Shown one piece after another: positions 40,970 to 53,635 of a DNA stretch of 64,000 nt (its first letter is position 1; each line of letters opens with the position of its first letter). The stretch is from the NCBI RefSeq assembly GCF_006345805.1, contig NC_043012.1:20646001-20710000 (forward strand). The letters are read 5' to 3'. The stretch is from Octopus sinensis (lineage: Eukaryota). Made by a program: the position numbers and the translations under genes. Under the pieces are notes generated by a model. That model saw nothing but the letters and a program-made list of their open reading frames with translations, was not told the DNA's origin and searched no databases.

Positions 40970-41021
40970 ACTTCCAATAATTCAGTGTCAAATTATAATT
41001 TGACACTGAATTATTGGAAGT

Positions 41022-41063
41022 CCACCTGAAGATTGTCGATCAGACAAGAAACGATTGTAGTGG
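41022..41063 (+). ncRNA. Minimal type I hammerhead ribozyme motif (unit 1, right arm)
   Basis: CCAC-CTGAAGA-TTGTC-gatca-GACAA-GAAAC-GATT-GTA-GTGG; predicted cleavage after A41059. Confidence 0.8.
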
Positions 41064-41402
41064 CGGTTTTTTTGACTATTTATTAAAATTTTATGTATTG
41101 ATTAAGTCTTTCCTTGTTTGTTTTGCAAAATAGTGGTTTTGTCTCGAATAATATTTTATAATATTTTACTATAAAATCGATTTAATCCTAAATCTGATTT
41201 TTTCCCTGTAAATTTGGATTTATTCCCTAATATTTATTATTTATATATATATATATATATACATATATATACATATGTATGTATGTATATATTTATATAT
41301 ATATATATAAAATATTATTCGAGACAAAACCACTATTTTGCAAAACAAACAAGGAAAGACTTAATCAATACATAAAATTTTAATAAATAGTCAAAAAAAC
41401 CG

Positions 41403-41445
41403 CCACTACAATCGTTTCTTGTCTTGATCGACAATCTTCAGGTGG
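41403..41445 (-). ncRNA. Minimal type I hammerhead ribozyme motif (unit 2, left arm)
   Basis: Same motif on the minus strand. Confidence 0.8.
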
Positions 41446-41496
41446 ACTTCCATAATTCAGTGTCAAATTATAATTTGACACTGAATTATTGGAAGT

Positions 41497-41539
41497 CCAC
41501 CTGAAGATTGTCGATCAAGACAAGAAACGATTGTAGTGG
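41497..41539 (+). ncRNA. Minimal type I hammerhead ribozyme motif (unit 2, right arm)
   Basis: Same motif; predicted cleavage after A41535. Confidence 0.8.
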
Positions 41540-41878
41540 CGGTTTTTTTGACTATTTATTAAAATTTTATGTATTGATTAAGTCTTTCCTTGTTTGTTTT
41601 GCAAAATAGTGGTTTTGTCTCGAATAATATTTTATAATATTTTACTATAAAATCGATTTAATCCTAAATCTGATTTTTTCCCTGTAAATTTGGATTTATT
41701 CCCTAATATTTATTATTTATATATATATATATATATACATATATATACATATGTATGTATGTATATATTTATATATATATATATAAAATATTATTCGAGA
41801 CAAAACCACTATTTTGCAAAACAAACAAGGAAAGACTTAATCAATACATAAAATTTTAATAAATAGTCAAAAAAACCG

Positions 41879-41921
41879 CCACTACAATCGTTTCTTGTCT
41901 TGATCGACAATCTTCAGGTGG
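41879..41921 (-). ncRNA. Minimal type I hammerhead ribozyme motif (unit 3, left arm)
   Basis: Same motif on the minus strand. Confidence 0.8.
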
Positions 41922-41972
41922 ACTTCCATAATTCAGTGTCAAATTATAATTTGACACTGAATTATTGGAAGT

Positions 41973-42015
41973 CCACCTGAAGATTGTCGATCAAGACAAG
42001 AAACGATTGTAGTGG
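41973..42015 (+). ncRNA. Minimal type I hammerhead ribozyme motif (unit 3, right arm)
   Basis: Same motif; predicted cleavage after A42011. Confidence 0.8.
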
Positions 42016-42273
42016 CGGTTTTTTTGACTATTTATTAAAATTTTATGTATTGATTAAGTCTTTCCTTGTTTGTTTTGCAAAATAGTGGTTTTGTCTCGAA
42101 TAATATTTTATAATATTTTACTATAAAATCGATTTAATCCTAAATCTGATTTTTTCCCTGTAAATTTGGATTTATTCCCTAATATTTATTATTTATATAT
42201 ATATATATATATACATATATATACATATGTATGTATGTATATATTTATATATATATATGTATGTATGTATGTA

Positions 42274-43555
42274 CGAGGGACGTTCAATAAGTAATGCCTC
42301 TGACCCACTTGCAGTTGTTTGATCTAGCTGAAATTTTGCATGTGCAATAATTTATATCTCTATAGATTAAGTGGCGAATTACACCTCTGAATTAATTGTG
42401 GTTTCTGATTTACAGGTGTTTGAACTGAGTCAAGTGTTAAATGGAGCCTGTTGAGTGTCGAGCAGTGATCCGGTTTTTGTATTTGAAAGGACGCACACCA
42501 CGGGAGACTTTTGATGAAATGAAAGTAACTTATGGTGATGATGCCCCATCATATGACCTTGTAAGACGCTGGCATCGTGAATTCAAACATGGTCGGAACT
42601 CTGTGGAAACAGCTCCCAGATCTGGTCGCCCCCTTCTGCCATTGATGAGGCATCTGTCCGTCAAGTTGAGGCTGCCATTTTGGAAGATCGACGCATAACT
42701 ATTCACCAAATAGCCCATGAGGTCAAGATTAGTACCGGGTCTGTGGAAACTATCATTCATGACCATTTGCATATGCAAAAGGTATCTGCCAGATGGATTC
42801 CCAGGTTGCTCACGCCTTTCCAGAAACAAGAACGCGTCGAGTGCTCGAGGGTGAATTTGGAGATGTGCCAAGAAGATGAGTCAAAATTTTTCAAAAGACT
42901 GATTACACAGGATGAAACCTGGGTCCATCACGATGATCCAAAGACCAAAGCCCAGTCAATGCAGTGGAAGCACCGTGACTTAACCCCTCCAAAGAAGGCA
43001 ATGGTGCAGCCCTCCGCTGGCAAGGTCATGCTCACAGTATTCTGGGACCAGGACGGAGTAGTGATGACAGATTTCCTGGCAAAGGGTACCACAATTGCAG
43101 GAGCCTATTATGCTTCACTTTTGAGGAAGTTATCAAAATCAGGAGGCGAGGCAAGATCACCAAAGGCATCCTCCTCCTGCAGGACAAAGCTCCGGTCCAC
43201 AACTCGCTTGTCGCCAGATCAGAAGCACAGGCGTATGGCTATAAACTCCTCCCCCATCCCCCCTACTCTCCTGACTTTGCACCCTCTGATTTTCACCTCT
43301 TCCCAGCCATGAAGTTGTTTTTGAAAGGAAAGCGTTTCCCAGATGATGCAGCCTTGATTTCTGAAGTCGCGTTCAAGTTGAAGGACCAAGCTGGGGTCTT
43401 CTATAAAAACGGTCTCCAGAGCTGCATCAAACAATGGGAGAAATGCGTAACTCTGGGTGGTTCCTATGTAGAAAAAGACTAATAACTGTGCCAAGTTTCG
43501 TTGCTCTACTGCTATGGGAAGTGGGTCAGAGACATTACTTATTGAACGCCCCTCG
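42274..43555 (+). mobile_element. Near full-length mariner (Tc1/mariner, D,D34D; irritans-like) transposon
   Basis: 37-bp TIRs with 2 mismatches (CGAGGGACGTTCAATAAGTAATGCCTCTGACCCACTT), TA duplication at 42272-42273 and 43556-43557, total 1282 bp. Confidence 0.97.
42441..43482 (+). pseudogene. Frameshifted mariner transposase
   Basis: Contains WIPRLL, ITQDETWVHH, SAGKVMLTVFWD, QDKAPVH, HPPYSPDFAPSDFHLF, with 34 residues between the 2nd and 3rd Asp. Frameshifts lie near 42640 and 43130. Confidence 0.92.
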
Positions 43556-43565
43556 TATGTATGTA

Positions 43566-43795
43566 TATATATTGGTAAAAAGGAATGAAAGAGACCTCGT
43601 TATTATGTAAATAAAGGAATTTATCTGTAAATATAATATGTGACAATTAATTTGAATGACAAATCTGGGAACCTTATCTTGCTCAGCATATAACTCCCCT
43701 AGAAACTGTTCACGGTAGCAATCATAAAACTCCGAGTTTCGAATGCCCGGGTGGATTTCCACGCCGGCATCTCTTCAGTTATCCGGCCAACAGAA
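43566..43795 (-). mobile_element. Penelope-like pLTR fragment
   Basis: Minus-strand attgtcacatattatatttacagataaattcctttatttacataataacgaggtc matches 22885-22940, which adjoins a PLE RT fragment. It carries an HHR motif. Confidence 0.75.
43724..43782 (-). ncRNA. Type I hammerhead ribozyme motif with extended helix II
   Basis: Reverse complement reads ATAA-CTGAAGA-GATGCC-ggcgtggaaatccacccg-GGCATTC-GAAAC-TCGGA-GTT-TTAT. Helix I is 4 bp, helix III is ACT/AGT, and the cleavage triplet is GUU. Confidence 0.75.
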
Positions 43796-43831
43796 AACAT
43801 TTTTCGATGGAAACTGAAAGAAGCATGTCGT

Positions 43832-43889
<58 letters not shown>

Positions 43890-43919
43890 GTGCGTGTGTG
43901 TGTCTGGGCGTGTGTGTGT

Positions 43920-44120
43920 ATGTGTGTGTCTGTCTGTGTTTGCTCCACCATCATCTCTTGATAACTGGTGTCGGTGTGTTTGCTTTCCCGTTATCTAGCA
44001 GTGCGGAAAAAGAGACCGAGAGAATAAGGTACTGGAGGTTGAATCATTCGACTAAAAATCCTAACGCAGTGCCCCTGCATGAGCACAGTCTGATGACTGA
44101 AACAACTGAAAGATCAAAGA
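43920..44120 (+). mobile_element. SINE family A 3' portion, degenerate
   Basis: Similar to 37460-37656 (..gataactgg..gaaaaagagaccga.agaataag.tact..cgactaaa..tgactgaaac). Confidence 0.65.
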
Positions 44121-44194
44121 TATATATACATAGTGAGAAACAGAGAGCGAAAGAGAGAGAGGAAGATAGATAAACTGAGATATAGAAATTACGA

Positions 44195-44470
44195 AGGATA
44201 AGTTTCTTTATTGGCCACACAGGGCTGCACACAGATGGGACAAGTTACAAGGTAGAGCTTTTCTTTTGGGGGATGAAAAAAACAAAAAAACAAAAGAAAA
44301 TAAAATAGGGGTGGCGTAGGTTTTCGATCAAGACGGATCGTAAAAGGGAAGAAAAGAACAAAAAAAAATAAAAAGAATAAAAAGAATAAAAAGAAAAAAA
44401 AGAAAAGGAAAAGAAACAAAAGAAAAGAGAGATGAAAAAAGAAGGAAAAAGGGGAAAAAAGGATACATAG
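44195..44470 (-). mobile_element. Possible LINE (L1/Tx1-like) 3' UTR end
   Basis: The minus strand is T-rich and ends ..gcagccctgtgtggccAATAAAgaaac; no protein evidence. Confidence 0.3.
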
Positions 44471-44779
44471 ATCGAACGATAGATATAGATATATATCGTT
44501 ATGTATACGCATGGATATATTTACAGGAACACACGGTTTCATTTGCATACATCGTCACACTCCTATATACACAACCGTAAAACATCCATTTGTGATAGAT
44601 TTAAATGAATTTTGAATTCTTGGATGTGAATTAGGATTCTGGAGAATAGTTCGGCAGTTCGTTTATTAGATTAATCTATTTCCAGATATATTTGTTAGTT
44701 GAGGAAGCCCTGCTCACTAGGTAGACCGTATCGGAGTTTATACATTAGGATTTAGCGCCATCCAAATAAATGGATTAAA

Positions 44780-44889
44780 TTTGTGTGTGAAGGTGGTGGA
44801 AGTCGTGGTGGTGGTGGTGGGGGTGGTAGTAGTAGTAGTAGTTGTTGTTGTAGTAGTGATAGTAGTAATAATATTAGGAATAGTAGTGA

Positions 44890-44920
<31 letters not shown>

Positions 44921-45185
44921 GCCATTAGAGGTGGTGATACTGGTTGTAGTATTAATGATAGTTTTGGTGGTAATGTTGTTCAAAGTGGTGTTGTTGTTGT
45001 AGTTATTGCTGCTGTTGTTGTTATTGTTGTTGTTATTGTTGTTGTGGTGATGGTGGTGGTGGTTGTGGGAGTATTAGTGATGGTAGCGATGGCGTTGCTT
45101 GCCGCCGGTGGCTACAGTAATAACAGTTGATGTGAGTATGTTGGTTTTAGTAGTTGCAAAGGCAACAGTACTGATGGTGGTGGTG

Positions 45186-45226
<41 letters not shown>

Positions 45227-45259
45227 GGTGGTGGTGGTGGTGGTGGTGGTAGTAGTAAC

Positions 45260-45316
<57 letters not shown>
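44780..45316. repeat. Compound (GTA/GTG/GTT)n low-complexity tract
   Basis: Direct repeat runs; explains the poly-V, poly-T and poly-S ORFs. Confidence 0.95.
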
Positions 45317-45318
<2 letters not shown>

Positions 45319-45740
45319 CAATCAGTGCTATTTGAGTATTAAATTTTGTACATAAACTTCATAAGTTTAAAGTGATTAAACGTGCATTTCGAAGTAATAC
45401 GGATTTAATAAACATTTACAATGATGAAAACTGGCCCCGCCATATTGCAATCTGCTCAACGTACGTAAAAGACCTACTTATCTAGATATGTGAACATGGT
45501 CTGTATAAACTTAAAATGGCATTACATATATATATATTTATGCATATGTGCATATATGTGTATATATGTATTAATGTTGTATGCGTATGTAGATATGAAT
45601 GTATGTACATTCATATTCGTGTATGTGTATGTGTGTATGTATATAAGTACGTATATGAAAGAATTTGTTGGTATACATACGTATACAGGGACATAAATGT
45701 GCGTGTGTGTGTACATGTGTATGTGATTCCATATGTGTGC

Positions 45741-45772
<32 letters not shown>

Positions 45773-46147
45773 TAAGAATACACCATACGAAACGTGGTGA
45801 GAGAGAGGAGAGAACTTGAAGATAGAAAGAGATATGAAAATTTGTCATGAAGCCATTTACTTCCCTATGCTAAAAGCTTTCTATGGCATCGTCGATTATT
45901 TGCATCAACATTTCTATAAGTAGTTCGGTTACCATTTTTGGGTCAACAGGCCTTTTACGTGTCCATGATTCAAATAAATGTACTCATGTAATGTATATAG
46001 TTAATCTTCTTAACAAAACGTATAAAGGGCGTACCTAACAAGATCTTTGTACATGAAATATATTATACGGAATAAAAATAATTCCCTTATTGAAAAATAT
46101 TGTTGATCACTCCATCGCACAATCACGTCAAATCCGATGGTATAGGC

Positions 46148-46250
46148 CAGTGGTTCCCGATCTTTTCACAGTTGATACCAAAAGTGGTTCCGACCTTTTT
46201 TATTTAAATGCCTTTTCTCACGGACCATTTTTAATGTTTATCCTTATATG

Positions 46251-46297
<47 letters not shown>

Positions 46298-46604
46298 GAA
46301 AGAATGGAGTTGAACGACGATTTAACAAAATTCCTTTATTCTCGACATATGTTTCGAAGGCTGCATATTCCTAAAGCCTTCGAAACGTATGTCGAGGATA
46401 AAGGAATTTTGTTAATCGTCGTTCAACTCCATTCTTTCATTTATTTGTATTAAAAATACACACAAATTTCCACACGAAAGCACGTGATCTCTGCCCTTGG
46501 CATGTAGCTTCAACCGTGTTTTTCTGACGTGAATTTGCTACCCAGGTATCGGTTAACCGAATTATCCACACTAAGATAATTCATTCAACTACTTATATAT
46601 ATAT

Positions 46605-46648
<44 letters not shown>

Positions 46649-46719
46649 ATATGAAAGTTTGAATTTAGTTCGCGGGCCCCCAGTACTACCTTTTCTGACC
46701 CCCTGGTTGGGAAGCACTG
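46148..46719. mobile_element. Non-autonomous hAT (Charlie/Buster-like) element
   Basis: Termini cagtggttcccga.. and ..ggttgggaagcactg are inverted. Flanks gtataggc (46140-46147) and gtatagac (46720-46727) form an 8-bp TSD with one mismatch. Confidence 0.8.
46292..46444. repeat. ~70-bp-arm fold-back (12-nt spacer) carrying the 3' halves of hammerhead motifs
   Basis: 46292-46362 pairs with 46375-46444. The right arm reads cGAAAC-GTAT-GTC-gagg; the left arm on the minus strand reads cGAAAC-ATAT-GTC-gaga. Confidence 0.85.
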
Positions 46720-46789
46720 GTATAGACAGACCTCTCGTGAGTGTAGGTACAATACGTATACCAAAAGGCATGGATGTGTACGTATGAAG

Positions 46790-47150
46790 TTTGCTATGTA
46801 ACCACATAATTTGTTTTCAGTCCCACTGCACGGTATTTTGGGCAAGACTCTTTTATGATAGCCCTTGGCTGAGAAAACATTTGTAAATGAATTTCGTAGA
46901 GGTTGATTGAGTGGAAGTTCGTTGTAATGTATAAATGTGTGTATGTATGTGTGTATGTTTATTTGTGTTGTGTGTTTGTGTGTATTTGTTCCCATCAGCG
47001 CTTGAAAACCGGTGTTGACTCGATTAATTTCCCGAGACTCAGGTATTCAGCAAAATAGGTACTGAGATCTGAAATAGGTCCTGGCATAGATTTGTTTGGT
47101 TAAACCTTTCAATGTGATAATGTGTCTGGTGACTGAAATAAATGAAATAT
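46790..47150 (+). mobile_element. SINE family A, degenerate
   Basis: ttcagtcccactgca.gg..ttttgggcaagact..tatgatagccc and a diverged 3' part. Confidence 0.6.
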
Positions 47151-47339
47151 AATCATTATTTAAGACGTCAGTTATGCGAAATTGACGTGGATAAGGTACT
47201 TAATTTTTGTAGCCTGAACGACCATACATAGAGTAGGTTATTTGCGCGCCAACGCCATGGTGTAAGATTAGGCAAAATATCCTGGATGTCCAACATATTT
47301 TATTCTGTAATAACATTTTTGTTCCATGCTTTTACTGTA

Positions 47340-47750
47340 GTGGTGAACGCAACTCGTTGTTCATTGGTTATCTACAATTCTCATTTACATATTTCACTCA
47401 TTGAGCTGGGGCTATGGTGGGGCACTCCCTTAAAGGGTCTAATCGAACAAATCGACCCTGTTACTTATTCCATACTCTAGTACTTATTCTGTCGCTTAGT
47501 TATGCCAAAGTTCGAAGTACCTGACATAAACGCACCAACAGCGACTGCCAATAACTTTTGTCAAACACAAACACGAAGTCATACACTTATATACCTATGA
47601 ACACAAGCTTCCACTCCGTTTACGTCTATCAAGATCACTCAGAAAGCATTGGTCTGTCCAGGACTATAGAGGAAGACACTTGACCAATATGTTGCACAAT
47701 ACTTGAGATTATGTGATTGCGGATGAAGCATCTTAACCACACAGCCACAC
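47340..47750 (-). mobile_element. SINE family A, degenerate
   Basis: Reverse complement of gactatagaggaagacacttgacc..ttaaccacacagccac matches the SINE head. Confidence 0.6.
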
Positions 47751-47949
47751 GTACGCACATTTTCTGGTTTGGATACTTTCAGCGTATTGAATATGCTCTA
47801 GTTGATTATACAGGAAATAGGGCTACTATTTTCAATATAATTACACTTATTTGCTAGTCATCAGCTTTAAGTTATGTATTCATCTGTGTGTTTTGTGAAA
47901 ATTTTTCAGCGTATGGCAGCTACGCAATTCTCGGAAACCTGTTCAGTTA

Positions 47950-48810
47950 TATCCCTAAACCACCTCTTTTTTGTTAGCATTTAAGAGTTCTGGCATAAAT
48001 TCCAGTATATATCCCATCTACGTAGGTTCTGTGAGTGTATTTTTATCGCAAAACACTGGGCATCCCGAGATAGTGTAACTAATTGTTTCTTCACTATCTG
48101 TAATTCTGCCCTCATTAAATGCTTCTCATGGATTACATCTGCTGTAGAGAATTTAGTCTTGTACAGCAATCAAGACCATTCAGTATATATTTTGAGTCGC
48201 CAGTATTGGGCACTTTTTCTCATCTACATACAGCCTCTTCGGGTTTGTCTCGTATTGGCCATGCAGGGGTTTTCTTAACGCCGCTCTAACAATGAATTCT
48301 GCAGCAACATTTCTCCTTAGTCTTTTGCAGTTTCACAAACTGTACGCATTTTCATTTCTCTGCATAAATATTTTGGACGCTGTTTTGCATTTATTGGCTT
48401 TCAGGACGGAAATGGTTTTGCTTTGTCTATGTATTGTAGGTATCTGTATTAATTTCCATGCTTCATTGCTTGCTATTTTTGTAGTTTTATGGTAGAAATT
48501 TTGTAATAGTTGCCTAGTGGCAAAAGGTCACTCAAAACTGATGTTCTTGCTAAATATAATGTTTCTACGATTTTAAATGCATTCATCGTTTCCCTTGTTT
48601 TACACTGTAGTATTAGTTGGTCGTTTAGAGAGATCAACAGTGAATATTTTATCTATTATCTTCATTCGGACACCTAGTGCACTAATGGCTATTACTTTAT
48701 GCCACGCATTTGGCTTTGTTTTAAATATTAATCTAACGAGTTCAATCGAATGAGTATTAATCAATAATATTCCTAATCGTTTCTTTCCTTTCCGTGTTTT
48801 GTACATTGTC
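47950..48810 (-). mobile_element. Highly decayed R4/Dong non-LTR fragment
   Basis: The minus strand gives VRLIFKTKPNAWHKVIAISAL, PLHGQY, VLIAVQD and EETISYTISGCPV, collinear with Dong motifs. Confidence 0.7.
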
Positions 48811-49569
48811 TAGCTCATTGATTCTTAATTATTTGTGTTTGGTCCGCTTCTCTTATCTTATCTTCTATAACTAGCATGATATTAGTGTTCTAATTAATTT
48901 TGCTCTCTTCAATGTTGTTTTGGCGCATTCTCAGACCTGAAAACTCCTATTGATTTTTTCTCGGTTAAATCCAATGATATTTTGATTATCAAGCTAGTAC
49001 AAACTATTTTAATTAGAAGGAAAGTTATCTTGAAGTTTGGTGACAGTAAATCTCCACCAATCTGAAGAATTTTTCTTAGCATGTCTTGCAGAATACAGGA
49101 TATAGATCTATCCTCGTCGGCTGAAAGTCTTAATTCCAAAGTCTTTTTTTTGCCTTTTAGGGCGTAGTTTGCGTGTTGTGACAGGTACAACAATTACCAC
49201 CGGAATATTTCTTGCCTTAGTATTCCAGTCTCTTCCACTCAATGGAAAAATCCTGATATTTCTTAAGTTTTTCAACTCTAGGGAATTGCAGAGTCTAACA
49301 AATTAATTTTTTGCGCGTTCTCACGATACGAAAGCTTATATATATGTACTACTTCTCGATATCTTATCTCACACATTTTGTTTCCATTTGTCTTACAGTT
49401 ATTTGTTTCTTGGCATCACTTTTACACAGATTTTGAAAGAGTTTCTGTATACACCTTCCCTGGCAGAACTAACTCGACAGAATATAGATTTGAAACTGCA
49501 CAGACAGTTAATCTCTGGACTATTTGTTTACGATTCTGCTAATATTTTCCACATCACACGAATGATGTA

Positions 49570-50430
49570 GCGCTCACGGCGACGTTGGGCAGAATAAAGC
49601 TTGAGCTTTTCTAGTCGACCCCCAATAGTCAAGGCCTGTCATGCCAATTATCTCTTTTGTAATTCACCTTTGATGTGCTTCAACTTTCATGATACATTAT
49701 TTCGTGTGGAGAGACCACAGCGGGCAAAGTATTCAAAGTGGGATCGGGCAAAAGTAGAGAAGAGAAGGATGATGGTGTGGATATCTTTCGACTGGAAAGT
49801 TCTGAGAATCCAGGAACACACTCTGTGTGCCATGTCAACTTTACTGGTTATATGAGCGGCCCAGCTTATGTTATTGTCCACAATTACTCCCAAGTGTCTG
49901 ATGTTCTTGGATGCCATGAAAGTTTCACCTGAAGGAAGGGAGTTTCGGGGCATCTTCTTTTCCCAACGGATTAACTCAAATTATTCCTCGTTTAGCAGTA
50001 TATTATTATTTTCTGCCCGTTGGATGACAACCAATAGGTTTGACTGATGGCATGTTCGGTCACCCACTTCATTCATAGTCTTCTGAACCTTGGAATCACC
50101 TGCAAAGATTCTTATGTTGCTGTGCTTGATGATGTCAGTAATGTCATTGATGTAGATGATGAAAATAAGTGGGTTCAATACAGTGCCTTGGGGAACACAC
50201 TACTGAATTTGGCTGGGCTTGATTTTACTCCTTTGACTACAAAATGTTGGGCTCTATCTGTCAACAAACACTTGAACCATTTTAGAAACATTCCAATGAC
50301 ACAAATGTTGGATAGCCTCTTCAAAATAATCTTATGATCAACCCTGTCAAATGTCTTCCTAAAACCAAAATAGGTGACATTGGTATTGGGGACCTCTCCC
50401 TAAACTCTCAAAAGGTCACCAACGTGATAC
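49570..50430 (-). mobile_element. CR1/L2-clade LINE reverse transcriptase fragment
   Basis: Contains GTVLNPLIFIIYINDI..IRIFAGDSK (PQG/FADD region) and IRHLGVIVDNNISWAAHI..ILRTF..RSHFEY. Confidence 0.88.
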
Positions 50431-50466
50431 AGGAGCTGCGTTAAACAGTTCCTTTCATTACGGAAC

Positions 50467-50519
<53 letters not shown>

Positions 50520-50564
50520 AATGTATATACATAAACACAGACGTACATATACATATACATTCAA

Positions 50565-51372
50565 GTAATTCGTAATAGATAATTCCTTCTCAGTTCCACC
50601 ATACGCATAACATCGTTTTACGTGGATGAAGATCTTGTTTCACACGCGGCGTCGTTTGTTTACCGGGGCTAAGCCATTCCTTACGCTGCTTCATATTGAT
50701 GTACATGTACCATTTTTCGTGGCCAGTAACGATTCGGCAAAGAAATCGTTGCTAGTGTTCATGAGGTGAGCGGTGACGAGCAAGCAAAGCAGCAGAGAAT
50801 GTGGCTCGTTGATTTTTGTTGTTGTCACTTAAAGCATGCTGAACCCATGCTCCATACTTCAGAAACTTTCCCATCACGTGAAGATGCTTCTTTATAGTAG
50901 TGTGGGAGCATTCCATTTTCTCTGCCAGTTCCCGTGTCATTTGACGAGAATTTTCGTGTAAAAGTTGGTTTAATCGCTCTTCATCCATCTCAACCGTACT
51001 GCCAGAACGAGATGCATCTTTGAGGTTAAAATTTCCATTTTTTTAACTTGGCATACCAATCCTGAGCGGTTCTTTCAGCTATAGCACCCGCTCCATACAC
51101 AGTACAAATGTCGCGAGCAGCTTTCGCGACCTTAGAACTTTCAGTAAAAGCAAAAAGAAGTTGTCGAAAATGCTCGTTTCTTTTTAACTTGACGTTCTTT
51201 TTAATGATCAGAAAATAAACAAAAATTAACTAAATTTAACTAGAAAAAATAGCAAAATTTTCCAAAATTATTCAAAAATAGAATTCTAGAAAAAAATAGA
51301 TTCCAAAATTTAAAAACGCAATAAATTCCAAAATTAAAAGAAAAACGTTGGGAACTTAGTTGTCAACACTAT
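50565..51372 (-). mobile_element. 3'-truncated mariner transposase remnant with one TIR
   Basis: Contains TRELAEKMECSHTTI..GAWVQHALS (WVPHxL), RIVTGHEKW and KTMLCVWWN*EGIIYYE; TIR-like tagtgttgacaactaagttccc at ~51350-51372. Confidence 0.85.
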
Positions 51373-52009
51373 AAAATAAGAGTGTGTGGATATATATGAG
51401 TGAATGTGTGTGGATTGAATGTATTTAATACAGGTAGAGAGGTATTAACTGTGTCTTTGAAACAAATCAAGAGAAATGAACAGCGTACTCACGAGTCCAG
51501 CTTTAAGGGTAATGTTGAAATATCTTTCAGTTGATAAAATTTATGTTCTCACTCAGTGAACCGTATCTTCCGAGAGTTGCTTAATATTTATAAAATCATA
51601 AATTTCGGAAATTTTGAGATTGGAATTAAAGGAAATTTCCCCTATTCTGAGTTGAGTTCTGTTTCTTTGGCTATTGAGTGGCCAGAGCTATGCAAAACAC
51701 ATCCTGCGTCTTTCGCTGCCTACCATACACAAATGCATATAAATATATATCGGTACGTATAGGTATACACTTACTGTTATATATACATATATGTATGTTA
51801 TATACATATGTGTATAGGTTTGTGTATGTATATCTATATACATACGTGTTTATCTATATGTCTATATATATATATATATATATATTTCTGTCTGTGCGTG
51901 TGTTTGTGTGTGTGTGTGTGTGTACATATAGATATATGAGTACGTCTGTATCTATGTGTATACACATATATATGTGTGTCTGTGTGTGTGTATACCCAGA
52001 AAATAGTCT

Positions 52010-53190
<1,181 letters not shown>

Positions 53191-53440
53191 ACACTAGTTT
53201 CGGGGTATTAGCCCCTTATCAATGTGGAGTAGCCGAACCCAGCAGGTGTCGCTGTTGCCTGTTCGAAGGTTTATTTATATATACTTCGTGGAACACATCC
53301 CATGGGTTTCAAAAATAAAAATATTATTATTTCTAAATCTCTCTAAAGGAGACTACGGCTGCAGTACTGGGTATTAACAGTTATCGTCAAACTAACATGA
53401 CAGTTCAGTGGATATACCTATTTCTTTATAGCTATATACA

Positions 53441-53635
53441 AGGGGCTAAACATAGAGGGGACAAGCAAGGACAGACATATGTATTAAGTCGATTCATCGA
53501 CCCCAGTGCGTAACTGGTGCTTAATTTATCGACCCCGAAAGGATGAAAGGCAAAGTCGACCTCGGCGGATTTTGAACTTAGAACGTAGCGGCAGGCGAAA
53601 TACCGCTAAGCATTTCGCCCGTCGTGCTAACGACC
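53441..53635 (+). mobile_element. SINE-like repeat, family B
   Basis: Best-preserved family B copy in the window. Confidence 0.85.

Larger units (their letters stand above)
40830..42257. repeat. Three tandem 476-bp units, each a ~331-bp spacer-less palindrome plus ~80-bp tail plus (TA)/(TATG) tract
   Basis: Palindromes at 40830-41160, 41306-41636 and 41782-42112, centred on aatta|taatt at 40995/6, 41470/1 and 41946/7. attcgagaca starts at 40841, 41317 and 41793. Confidence 0.97.
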
